A DNA stretch of 32,000 bases, taken from Candidatus Saccharimonadota bacterium (GTDB lineage: Bacteria > Patescibacteriota > Saccharimonadia > Saccharimonadales > Saccharimonadaceae). The DNA lies in NCBI GenBank assembly GCA_023898645.1, contig CP060232.1, positions 270,001 through 302,000 of the forward strand, read 5' to 3'. The notes under the pieces were generated by a model. That model made no database searches. It worked only from the letters and a program-made list of their open reading frames with translations, and had not been told where the DNA came from. The position numbers were made by a program, and so were the translations under genes. Of this stretch, positions 15,386 to 23,489 are shown piece by piece (the first letter of the stretch is position 1; each line of letters starts with the position of its first letter).

Positions 15386-16456
15386 TTAATTATCAACAGT
15401 ATTTTCTATGATTGCCGACGATTGTTCCAGAGGAAGCAGCTCAAGGGGTTCTTGCTCAAGTATGATGTTAAATCTTCCGTTGACGGTTTCGATGATTTCC
15501 TTTTTTGCTTCTTGAAGGTCTGAGTAACCTGTAGCAGACTCGTTTATTAGTACGACGGCGTTTTTGTCGTGGATTTTCATGCCATGTAACACCTCGCCCT
15601 TGAGGTCGCTTTGGTCTATGAGCCATCCGGCGGGAATTTTTTGATACGTCTCGTCGACGGCGTATGTTGGCAGGTCGGAGTAGCCGTTGTTTTTTAGTTC
15701 TTCCGCTTTCCAAGATTCCACAACAGCATTTTTGAAAAACGAACCAGCGTTAGGCATAACTGCTGGATCGGGCAATTTTTCAGCGCGTATGGCGAGTACG
15801 TTGTCGCGGATGATTTGCGGTGAATACTGGGTGATACCCGCAGTCTCTAAACGTTTTTGCAGACTGTCATATAGCGGCGGTTGCAACGGGATTTTAGGTA
15901 GCTGCAGAGTGACGCTGTAAATAGCGTAATGCCCCACTTCGGAAGTACGAAATATGCTACTGCGGTACGAAAAATTGCAATCCGTATGATCGAGGACGAC
16001 GAATTTGTCTTGAAGGATGTCGTAAGCTTCAAGCGATACGAACGTGCTAGAGAGTTCTTGGCCGTAGGCTCCGATGTTTTGTACTGGGGCGGCTCCGACA
16101 GTTCCGGGTATGCCAGACATGCACGCTATGCTATATAGGCCGTGCTCGACGGTCAGTTTGACCAGATCGTCCCATAATATCCCACTACCGACTTTGATGA
16201 CGGTTGACTGTTGATCGTCAGTTATGACTTCTATACCGCCGATTTTGTTGTGGATGATGACACCCTGGAAGCCTTCATCATGGGCAATCAAGTTGCTACC
16301 GCCACCGATGATATACGTTGGTAATGTAAGTTTTTTGGCATTGAGGTATGCTTGGCGCAACTCGTCGGGAGACGTAACGTCTACTACATAATCAGCGTTG
16401 CCGCCGATTTTCATGGTAGTTAGTGTGCTTAGTGGTATGTTTGTTTGTACATTCAT
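15386..16456 (-). CDS. murB: UDP-N-acetylenolpyruvoylglucosamine reductase
   Basis: Track ORF starts at TTG 16465. I prefer ATG 16456 (MNVQTNIPL...), which has TATACT 10 nt upstream. FAD-binding type MurB motifs LSTLTTMKIGGNADY and IIGGGSNL. Confidence 0.9.
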   Translation of the reverse strand: MNVQTNIPLSTLTTMKIGGNADYVVDVTSPDELRQAYLNAKKLTLPTYIIGGGSNLIAHDEGFQGVIIHNKIGGIEVITDDQQSTVIKVGSGILWDDLVKLTVEHGLYSIACMSGIPGTVGAAPVQNIGAYGQELSSTFVSLEAYDILQDKFVVLDHTDCNFSYRSSIFRTSEVGHYAIYSVTLQLPKIPLQPPLYDSLQKRLETAGITQYSPQIIRDNVLAIRAEKLPDPAVMPNAGSFFKNAVVESWKAEELKNNGYSDLPTYAVDETYQKIPAGWLIDQSDLKGEVLHGMKIHDKNAVVLINESATGYSDLQEAKKEIIETVNGRFNIILEQEPLELLPLEQSSAIIENTVDN

Positions 16457-16529
16457 GATTGGCAATAGTATAGCTTAAAAGGCATAAGAATGGTACAATA
16501 ACAGATACGCAGTGTACTGCGCCAAGTGC

Positions 16530-16606
16530 GCACCCGTAGCTCAGTGGATTAGAGCATCTGTCTTCGGAACAGAGGGTCGTAGGTTCGAATCCTTCCGGGT
16601 GTACCA
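16530..16606 (+). tRNA. tRNA-Arg (anticodon TCG), CCA encoded
   Basis: GCACCCGTAGCTCAGTGGATTAGAGCATCTGTCTTCGGAACAGAGGGTCGTAGGTTCGAATCCTTCCGGGTGTACCA. The anticodon stem TCTGT/ACAGA is perfect and the loop is CTTCGGA. TGGTACAAT promoter at 16491-16499. Confidence 0.85.
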
Positions 16607-16643
16607 AGTAAATCGCCTCACGTCAGTGGGGCGTTTTACTTGG
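16604..16643 (+). terminator. Hairpin terminator after tRNA-Arg(TCG); stem starts at the CCA
   Basis: CCAAGTAAA-CGCC-CAC...GTG-GGCG-TTTTACTTGG, imperfect with 2 bulges. Confidence 0.65.
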
Positions 16644-16679
16644 TAGATTCGCGTAGCGAATCTGAACCGTTAAGGTTCG

Positions 16680-16750
16680 GCGTAGTGAGAAAAGGAAACG
16701 AAAAGTTCTTTTCGTCCCTTTTTGAGCGGAGGAGCGGAACGAAGTGGAGC
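16680..16750 (+). repeat. Divergent putative copy D of the tRNA-associated element
   Basis: It starts GCGTAGTGA like copies A-C and is purine-rich with GAACGAAG. Two hairpins precede it (16646-16662 and 16662-16680). An internal hairpin ACGAAAAG/CTTTTCGT (16698-16715) is followed by CCCTTTTT. Similarity to A-C is weak. Confidence 0.35.
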
Positions 16751-16811
16751 GATATCCATCCGAGTTTACCGGTAATTTTGCAAGATGCGGCTTTGGTGCT
16801 TTACTGCTTTT

Positions 16812-17699
16812 TTAATTACCTAGACTGATACGGATAGTCGCCGTATTTAGTACGTGCTTGCCGTTGATAAAATCGTCTGTACCTACGGTTATTTTGATTG
16901 CTTTGGCCGCTTTTATGAGGTTTTTTGTTGCCGTAGTGCCGTTGTATTCATTGACGATGGGGGTAGAGGTTTCCGGAGACGTATAGTAATCAACCGTGAA
17001 CGAGTCGATGTCTCTCAGTAGGTCGGCGTCAGCGAGTTTGCAGGTTCCGGAGTATGTTCCCGATTTCAAAGCTGCGTTGGAACAAGTCTCGCTTTGGTAG
17101 GGTGTTTTGCACCCCGAGGGATTTGGATTGAGGGTGGCGCAATTACATAAAGTGCCGCCAGTGTAATTAGTGATTGTGCGTCGGTACAGGTCGTACTTTC
17201 CGGTAGTGGTGTTTTTGGCAACGAAATAAACCAGGAGATTCTGGGCAATCGGGCTTACGGAAAAGTCGCATCCACTACCGCTGTCGATAAAGACAGGTAA
17301 GCGTTTGTCGTCCGTGGCGGCTTTATCGGTAGCCGTTGTGGTTGCCATGAGTACGCGATTTGTTTTTTGTCCAGCGTCATAACCTGGCAGTGACGGATCG
17401 TTACCTCGGTATGACCACGATGTGCCGTCGTCTCTACCGAGTGGTTTTGCTACAGCCGCGTCAGTTACAAACCCGCCTGAGTCCATGATTTCTTTTTCGA
17501 TAGACCTTAGCACGCCTCTGGTATTGGTGTCTTGTGATGTTTTGCCTAAGGAGATGACATTGTCGTTATAAAAACCACCAAGTGTTTGCAGCACTACGCC
17601 CGTCAATAGACTGATTACTGTAACGACGACGGCAATTTCGACAATCGTGAAGCCGCTCGATTTATCGTATGAAGTTTGCATGAGTGATGAATTCTCCAT
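16812..17699 (-). CDS. Minor pilin, PilW-like, Cys-rich
   Basis: Prepilin motif ...DKSSG|FTIVEIAVVVTVISLL. Seven Cys in the C-terminal half. The start is ambiguous (TTG 17705, ATG 17699 or ATG 17681) and the gene overlaps the end of the upstream gene. Confidence 0.7.
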   Translation of the reverse strand: MENSSLMQTSYDKSSGFTIVEIAVVVTVISLLTGVVLQTLGGFYNDNVISLGKTSQDTNTRGVLRSIEKEIMDSGGFVTDAAVAKPLGRDDGTSWSYRGNDPSLPGYDAGQKTNRVLMATTTATDKAATDDKRLPVFIDSGSGCDFSVSPIAQNLLVYFVAKNTTTGKYDLYRRTITNYTGGTLCNCATLNPNPSGCKTPYQSETCSNAALKSGTYSGTCKLADADLLRDIDSFTVDYYTSPETSTPIVNEYNGTTATKNLIKAAKAIKITVGTDDFINGKHVLNTATIRISLGN

Positions 17700-18165
17700 T
17701 TCCAAAATTAACGGTTGATACTAATTTGACAATGCCGTCTGTAAAGCTTGTACCTGTGCAGCCATTTGGCGCAAAAGCCGTGACAGTTTGCACCAGTGAG
17801 CTACCCATATTAGCTATAGTACTTCCACTTTCGGCAGCATATCCGTAGTGACCAAATACAGCAGGGTCTGAAGTGTCGATAATATTTTCCCCCCTTTTCG
17901 AGCTTGCATTATTGGCAGTGAGGTCCATCTTGCCAGGGTTGCATAGTAAGTTCGATGGAGGAGATGGGAATTTTGCCAGGTTGGAAAAGGCTATATCGCT
18001 TGCGCGTGCTCGTCTGGCGACGTCGACGCGCTGAGACTCAAGCAGAAGATATGATTGAAAAACGCCAAGGAGAAAGATTGCCAACACAATAATGGTTATG
18101 ATCATCTCGATAACCGTGAAACCTTCTGTGTTGGGTGTGGCAGGGAAAAAATGTCGTTTGTTCAT
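17662..18165 (-). CDS. Minor pilin, PilV-like
   Basis: 167 aa. MNKRHFFPATPNTEG|FTVIEMIITIIVLAIFLLG. AGGAA lies 5 nt before the ATG and 8 nt after the upstream stop. Confidence 0.75.
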   Translation of the reverse strand: MNKRHFFPATPNTEGFTVIEMIITIIVLAIFLLGVFQSYLLLESQRVDVARRARASDIAFSNLAKFPSPPSNLLCNPGKMDLTANNASSKRGENIIDTSDPAVFGHYGYAAESGSTIANMGSSLVQTVTAFAPNGCTGTSFTDGIVKLVSTVNFGNGEFITHANFIR

Positions 18166-18173
18166 ATGTGTTC

Positions 18174-20249
18174 CTAGAATGATAGCGGGTAGTTAAACCC
18201 CGTCTCCGATGTTACGGTGCTGCCTATGTCGCTCGAATTCGTCACGTCGACAGGTGCAGGTACGTTCGTAGCGGTCGTGTTTCCGGTACCGAGCTGACCG
18301 ACGGTATTTTCTCCCCAGCAACCTGTGGCATTATCTGCCACTACGCAAGTTACGTTACCTGCGCTGTCGATGTCAGTAATCGTTTTTCCGCTGAGCCAAC
18401 CAATTGTGGTCGAGTCTTTTACGAATACAGGCACTGGACTAGACGGTGTTGTGCAGAGTTGATTACAGCCAATTCCCTGATAGGAACTATGTTTGCTGTG
18501 GCCGTCGCAATATGTGACTCCTCCGGTGAGGGCGCAAAACAAATCATCGTGCGCATTTCCTGAGGCGAGTGTATACGGATTTCCAAGACTTGTTCCTCCA
18601 TAAAGCGGGCCAGCAGGAGGATTCGAAGTATAAGTTGTCGTTGTATCTGTCGACAATACACGGCACCATTGGTTAGGGTGGCCATTTGATCGACAGTGAA
18701 TTACCGTACATGTCCGTTTTGTGTTTATCGTTGCCGTTCCTCCGCCCCACCAAAAAGCACGACTTGCTGGGCTGGCATTAGTAGCACTGATTGCCGTGAC
18801 GCTGTCTTTGAAAGTGGTTATGGATTGGTAGTATAAAGCACTCGAAACTGCCGCGGGGCGAACGCTCCACAATGCACCCGTCGTGCTAGTCGGCGTAGTG
18901 TTATTTGTGTTCGGGTAGCTGTTGCACGCTGTTGTACGTTGTCCACCCCCTATGGTTTGTTCAACTGTTGAATTGGTCGTGCCGCCTAGTGCGTGAGAAT
19001 TGTTGCCTATCTGACCGACGGTGTTGTCGCCCCAGCAGTATGCTTTGTGATTGTCGCCGATGGCGCACATTGTATCGCTATCTCGTATCTGTGCTAACTT
19101 TTCTACTTTTCTACCCATAAGCGCGCTTGAAGAATCGTATGCGATGGATACAGGAACATTTTTGTCAAAGGTGAAGCCATTACCTAGCTGTCCGTGATTG
19201 CCTTGGCCCCAGCAAGAAACCAGCCCGTCGGTCGTCAGTGCACAGGTGAAATTATTGCCGGCAACTATATCAGTAACGGTTTTATTGTAGAGTGAGCTTC
19301 TTGGTATGCTGGGAGAGCTTTGGCCCGGGCCGTTATAGACTTGCCGCGGTATAGCCGTGGAGCCGGTATTTCCTATGCCTAGCTGTCCGTGACTATTGTC
19401 CCCCCAACAGTAGGCTTTTCGTGTGGCACCAGTTGCGTCGCTGGCGCTGTCTTTTGCAACGGCACAGACGTGAGTCGAACCTACGCTAACCTTTAGGACG
19501 ACTTTCTGGGTACCATCTGAATTTACAAGATACCCAGAGAACGGCAAGAGATTGTAAGACGCCGAATTTTTATGTGCTGTATCGATTGCCTTCGGAAAAA
19601 CACTCTTGTTACCGGGGACGGCGCCGTTTCCTTGGCCTAGCTGTTTATTACTATTGCTTCCCCAGCAGTAGACCCAACCTTCGGCGACGGCACAAGTTGT
19701 CGATCCATTAGTCGATACTTGAGTGACGTTTTTGCTTACTCGTCCTGTCGTGGTAGTTGAAGTCCTGATAATCGTTCTGATGGTTTTACTTACGGATTTA
19801 AATGAAATGCCGTTGGTGCTTATACTGACCGACCCGATTGACGTGATAACGGGTGTACTTGCATTGAGCATCTGAAGCCCCTTAACTTCATAGGTACTTG
19901 AAAACGTCGAATCGTCCGCAACGTTCGACAATTTTTTTACGGATTGGCCCGCGCAGTTTGTCTTTGGTGTGAGCGGCGAGGTGTTTGACCATGATTTTTG
20001 ATTCGCTTTGATACAAGCCTTTGCAGCCGCAACGCCTGCTTGTGCCGCCTCGCGTGCCAGTACGTCAAAGTATTGGTTATTAAGTATCGTACTGCTGTTC
20101 GTAACAGTTTGTAGTGCAACGATACTGACGGTTGAAATAGCCATACCAAGTGTAATGACAATCGGTAGCAAAAAACCGGTACTAGAGTTGCCGTTCTTGT
20201 CAGTTGATTCGGTATGTCGCTTATAGTATGCAATTAACACCTTAAACAT
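18174..20249 (-). CDS. PilX-like pseudopilin N-terminus fused to an RCC1-repeat (beta-propeller-like) domain; putative pilus-tip protein
   Basis: 691 aa. The N-terminus ...NSSTG|FLLPIVITLGMAISTVSIVAL lacks Glu5. Five clear RCC1-type repeats: YCWGSNSNKQLGQGN, YCWGDNSHGQLGIGN, SCWGQGNHGQLGNG, YCWGDNTVGQIGNN, GCWGENTVGQLGTGN. Two degenerate repeats: FWWGGG and YCDGHS. Confidence 0.8.
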   Translation of the reverse strand: MFKVLIAYYKRHTESTDKNGNSSTGFLLPIVITLGMAISTVSIVALQTVTNSSTILNNQYFDVLAREAAQAGVAAAKACIKANQKSWSNTSPLTPKTNCAGQSVKKLSNVADDSTFSSTYEVKGLQMLNASTPVITSIGSVSISTNGISFKSVSKTIRTIIRTSTTTTGRVSKNVTQVSTNGSTTCAVAEGWVYCWGSNSNKQLGQGNGAVPGNKSVFPKAIDTAHKNSASYNLLPFSGYLVNSDGTQKVVLKVSVGSTHVCAVAKDSASDATGATRKAYCWGDNSHGQLGIGNTGSTAIPRQVYNGPGQSSPSIPRSSLYNKTVTDIVAGNNFTCALTTDGLVSCWGQGNHGQLGNGFTFDKNVPVSIAYDSSSALMGRKVEKLAQIRDSDTMCAIGDNHKAYCWGDNTVGQIGNNSHALGGTTNSTVEQTIGGGQRTTACNSYPNTNNTTPTSTTGALWSVRPAAVSSALYYQSITTFKDSVTAISATNASPASRAFWWGGGTATINTKRTCTVIHCRSNGHPNQWCRVLSTDTTTTYTSNPPAGPLYGGTSLGNPYTLASGNAHDDLFCALTGGVTYCDGHSKHSSYQGIGCNQLCTTPSSPVPVFVKDSTTIGWLSGKTITDIDSAGNVTCVVADNATGCWGENTVGQLGTGNTTATNVPAPVDVTNSSDIGSTVTSETGFNYPLSF

Positions 20250-20325
20250 AACTAGTTTAAGTATAACTCATTACAAGTGTTTTGCATGCTATTAATTATG
20301 AAAATTGAAAAAAATGAAAAACCGG

Positions 20326-20700
20326 TTACTGAAGCGATGCGGCTGCTTTGCTTGGTAGCTGTGCTTTAAGACGCTGTATGTCGACATCTGTGATGATTGA
20401 TTTAAGTGTTTCCCATGCGGTGATTACTTGTTTTGACGCCTCAATCTCTTCTATACCTTCTTTGTCCATGAATTCATGCACGAAATCCTGTTCTAGCTCC
20501 TCTGTTGTCGAAGTTTCGGCACTATAAACGGCCTCCTGAAGTTCGATGGGCAGCAGTCTGGCAAAATCTTCTCGTTCGTATTCACCTAGGCGTTCAGAGA
20601 TACTTTCAACCATGAGATCGAGCACCTCTTCTGCTTCCGTGTACGTAAAACCAGCTTTACGTTGCATAAAATCAATTAATTCTTGGTAGCCCATAGGCAC
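20326..20700 (-). CDS. DUF2267-like protein
   Basis: 124 aa. YQELIDFMQRKAGFTYTEAEEVLDLMVESISERLGEYEREDFARLLPIEL fits my recollection of the DUF2267 pattern (F..V....G.....A...VL..L..RL......L...LP.EL). Strong SD AAAGGAGG. Confidence 0.55.
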   Translation of the reverse strand: MPMGYQELIDFMQRKAGFTYTEAEEVLDLMVESISERLGEYEREDFARLLPIELQEAVYSAETSTTEELEQDFVHEFMDKEGIEEIEASKQVITAWETLKSIITDVDIQRLKAQLPSKAAASLQ

Positions 20701-20826
20701 CTCCTTTTACAATTGCGTGTATTCTTATCGTAATCCGGTCGTGGTTTTGTAGCAGTCACATATTTAACATCTTGCGTGGCGATTAAGGCGCGTAACGTAA
20801 TGTCGCGAATTGAATGCTTGTGACAG

Positions 20827-22017
20827 ATGCCAGATTTGTTTTATCATAGAGATGTGATTATCGATGCGCTAACACGCGCCCTTACGACTTCTTTTGCTAT
20901 GGGCTGGATGATATTGTGGCCACTCATACTTGGTTTTACTATATCTGGTGCTATTCAGGCGGTTGTTAGCAAGCGGCAGATGAGTCAGTTGTTGCCTGAC
21001 GATAAGCCAAAAACGTTGGCGCTCGCAAGCTTGCTCGGTGCTGCGTCGTCGTCTTGTTCATACGCTGCGGTCGCTCTGGCCCGTTCACTTGTCAAAAAAG
21101 GCGCCAATTTTACGGCGGCCATGGCTTTTGAAATCGCAAGTACGAATTTGGTTATCGAACTGGGTATAATTTTGGCAGTTTTATTAGGCTGGCAGTTTAC
21201 CGCGGCCGAGTTCGTAGGTGGACCAATCATGATTATTATATTGGCGCTGTTGTTCCGTCGTTTTCTGACACCTAAATTGCTTGATGCGGCGACCAGGCAA
21301 GCGCAAAAAGGTCTTGCCGGTAAGATGGAGGGGCATGCTGGCATGGGTGACATGTCCGTCACTGGTAGTAAGTCTGTGATGCAAAAACTCTTATCAAGCC
21401 AAGGTCGGACCGCGACCAGCCACTACTTTGTAATGGATTGGGCCAGTGTATGGACAGACATTGTGCTTGGGTTATTGATCGCAGGCACTGTAGCCGCATG
21501 GGTGCCGATGTCATTTTTCCAGAGCTTTTTCATTACATCAGATCCAGTTTTGTCGTTCATCTGGGGGCCACTAGTGGGTCCACTGATAGCGGTTGTTTCG
21601 TTTGTTTGTAGTGTAGGCAACGTGCCACTTGCAGCTGTTTTATGGAATGGCGGCATTAGTTTCGGTGGCTTGGTTAGTTTTATTTTTGCCGACTTGATTG
21701 TCTATCCAATTTTACGAATATACAAAAAGTATTACGGTATGAAAATGGCAGCTTTTCTATTTGCGACATTTTACCTAGCTATGGTTGCAGCGGGATATTT
21801 GGTTGAAATTATATTCTGGCTATTGAACTTAACTCCGACGGTACGCGCTGCTATCGTGCCTGAATCAGGAATTACATTTAATTATACGACCGTTCTTAAT
21901 ATCTTTTTCCTTGTTATTGGCGCTGCACTTGTATGGCGATTTCTACGTACGGGTGGTCCGGCTATGCTTAAAATGATGGACGGTAAAACTTCCATGCAGC
22001 ACAAACACGACATGTGA
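20827..22017 (+). CDS. Polytopic permease, DUF318/ArsP-like family
   Basis: 396 aa with about 8-10 hydrophobic helices. The two half-motifs GAASSSCSYAAV and FVCSVGNVPLAAVLW resemble the duplicated Cys-containing motifs of this permease family. The start is uncertain (no SD or -10 recognised). Confidence 0.65.
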   Translation: MPDLFYHRDVIIDALTRALTTSFAMGWMILWPLILGFTISGAIQAVVSKRQMSQLLPDDKPKTLALASLLGAASSSCSYAAVALARSLVKKGANFTAAMAFEIASTNLVIELGIILAVLLGWQFTAAEFVGGPIMIIILALLFRRFLTPKLLDAATRQAQKGLAGKMEGHAGMGDMSVTGSKSVMQKLLSSQGRTATSHYFVMDWASVWTDIVLGLLIAGTVAAWVPMSFFQSFFITSDPVLSFIWGPLVGPLIAVVSFVCSVGNVPLAAVLWNGGISFGGLVSFIFADLIVYPILRIYKKYYGMKMAAFLFATFYLAMVAAGYLVEIIFWLLNLTPTVRAAIVPESGITFNYTTVLNIFFLVIGAALVWRFLRTGGPAMLKMMDGKTSMQHKHDM

Positions 22018-22142
22018 TTGCAAATGAACGTCAGTTAAGATTGAAATAAAATGAGTAGCATTAAGAGAGGAAGAAAGATTCGAGCAGCTAAGACTTGAGT
22101 TTTTCTCTGTTATTCAGTATAATTTGTGTCTGTAGCAGACAT

Positions 22143-22219
22143 GGGCCAGTAGCTCAGTTGGTTAGAGCACCTGCCTCTTAAGCAGGGTGTCGTGGGTTCA
22201 AGCCCCACCTGGCCCTCCA
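22143..22219 (+). tRNA. tRNA-Lys (anticodon CTT), CCA encoded
   Basis: GGGCCAGTAGCTCAGTTGGTTAGAGCACCTGCCTCTTAAGCAGGGTGTCGTGGGTTCAAGCCCCACCTGGCCCTCCA. All four stems are perfect. TATAAT lies about 20 nt upstream. Confidence 0.9.
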
Positions 22220-22253
22220 AGAAAATAGACCCCGCTGGGGTCTATTTTCTTGG
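22217..22253 (+). terminator. Hairpin terminator after tRNA-Lys; stem starts at the CCA
   Basis: CCAAGAAAATAGACCCC-gc-TGGGGTCTATTTTCTTGG, near-perfect. Confidence 0.8.
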
Positions 22254-22310
22254 AGAACCGGCGGGACTCGAAATCACGACTTTTTGCGAAGCAAAAATAG
22301 TCGTGGGGTC

Positions 22311-22349
22311 GCGCAGTGAACGAAGAGAAAGAAAGCACGAAGTATTTTT
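22311..22349 (+). repeat. tRNA-terminator-associated conserved element, copy C (core)
   Basis: GCGCAGTGAACGAAGAGAAAGAAAGCACGAAGTATTTTT is 35/39 identical to the reverse complement of copy B. It is preceded by the hairpin 22275-22305, CACGAC-tTTTTGC-gaa-GCAAAAa-ta-GTCGTG. Confidence 0.8.
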
Positions 22350-22366
22350 TTGCTATCATATAGCTT

Positions 22367-23455
22367 ATGGATCCGATACAAAACATACCACAACCAGACA
22401 AAGACGAAAGGCCGCAGGCCGACCTAAGCGAAGGATTTTGGCAAAAATATCGCCCAGTTATCATCACTGCCGCACTTGTACTCGTGGCTATGATAGGGGG
22501 CGCATTAACGCTGTTTGTTTTGGGAAGTCAGCCGAGTGCTCGGAAAAACTCGTACACTTCTACTCCGCGGACGTCTATCAGCCCGACCAACACGACAAGT
22601 CCGTCTGTAGCCCCACAACAAACTGTCGCGGCTAGTGATAGCTGGAAATCATCTGTTAATTCCAAGGCATTACCATTAGGAGACGGTAAAGTTTCGTCTG
22701 TGCCGAAAGCTGGTTATGTAGATTCATGTATGACCAACTTTCGTGGTGGCGGCGCTCGTCATGCTGGGAGTTGGATCAATGATGCTGCCGGTACATGGAA
22801 CTCCGATTCGAAAGTTGCCGTACAGGGTAGTATAGATTGGCCTTCTGCCCAATACTCTGTGGTGACGTCTGGCGCGAGTCGAATTATTACGACAGATGAC
22901 CTACCGCAAAATGATCCAACTGGAACATTTCCTATTTCGTATAGCGACCCAGCGTATCAGTACGATACCAACCCGAATCGAATCCAGGGGCAGACAGTAA
23001 CGCTCACTTTGCCACTTGCTCCAACCGCCGCTACTACGCCGTATTGCGTTGACTTGGGCTACATCGGCGTGATGAACAACGGCGTCTTGCTTTTCAATGC
23101 GCTTGACGATGCCGGTCGTGATGCCGTTGCTCATGAAACTCAGGACAAATGCGATGGTCATCCGGACGGCAAAGAGCGGTATCACTATCATGACGTTGCG
23201 TCTTGTGTGCGAAATCGCGCGACGGGTAGTTCAACATTAGTAGGCTATGCACTAGACGGCTACGGTATATACGTAGAGCGTGACAGCGAGGGTAATCTTC
23301 CGACGAATGCTGATCTCGACGTGTGTCATGGGCGTACAAGCGAGGTACTTTGGAATGGCAAAAAGACGTCTATATATCACTACGACGCAACACTTGAGTA
23401 TCCATATACTATTGGCTGCTTTCATGGCAAGCCAGTTTCAATCCATCGCCCTTAG
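22367..23455 (+). CDS. Membrane-anchored YHYH-domain protein
   Basis: 362 aa. One TM helix (VIITAALVLVAMIGGALTLFVLG) and a Ser/Thr/Pro linker. C-terminal motifs KERYHYHDVASC, GYALDGYGIY and SIYHYDATLEYPYTIGCFHG are typical of the YHYH family. TGCTATCAT lies 7 nt before the ATG. Confidence 0.7.
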   Translation: MDPIQNIPQPDKDERPQADLSEGFWQKYRPVIITAALVLVAMIGGALTLFVLGSQPSARKNSYTSTPRTSISPTNTTSPSVAPQQTVAASDSWKSSVNSKALPLGDGKVSSVPKAGYVDSCMTNFRGGGARHAGSWINDAAGTWNSDSKVAVQGSIDWPSAQYSVVTSGASRIITTDDLPQNDPTGTFPISYSDPAYQYDTNPNRIQGQTVTLTLPLAPTAATTPYCVDLGYIGVMNNGVLLFNALDDAGRDAVAHETQDKCDGHPDGKERYHYHDVASCVRNRATGSSTLVGYALDGYGIYVERDSEGNLPTNADLDVCHGRTSEVLWNGKKTSIYHYDATLEYPYTIGCFHGKPVSIHRP

Positions 23456-23489
23456 GCGAATCAATGCAACATCAACATAGAACTGGCCA

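Noticed and set aside
22192-22635. Track ORFs 22192..22635(+) and 22198..22467(-), and likewise 9605..9799(+), 9457..9726(-), 16392..16607(-) and 16640..16828(+)
   Set aside because: They run through tRNA genes, terminator hairpins and the conserved intergenic element. Their similarity to each other (KYFVL.F.SFTA..FCFAK) simply reflects about 90% nucleotide identity of the repeat, not demonstrable coding. The short-peptide idea is kept only as an alternative hypothesis in the findings.
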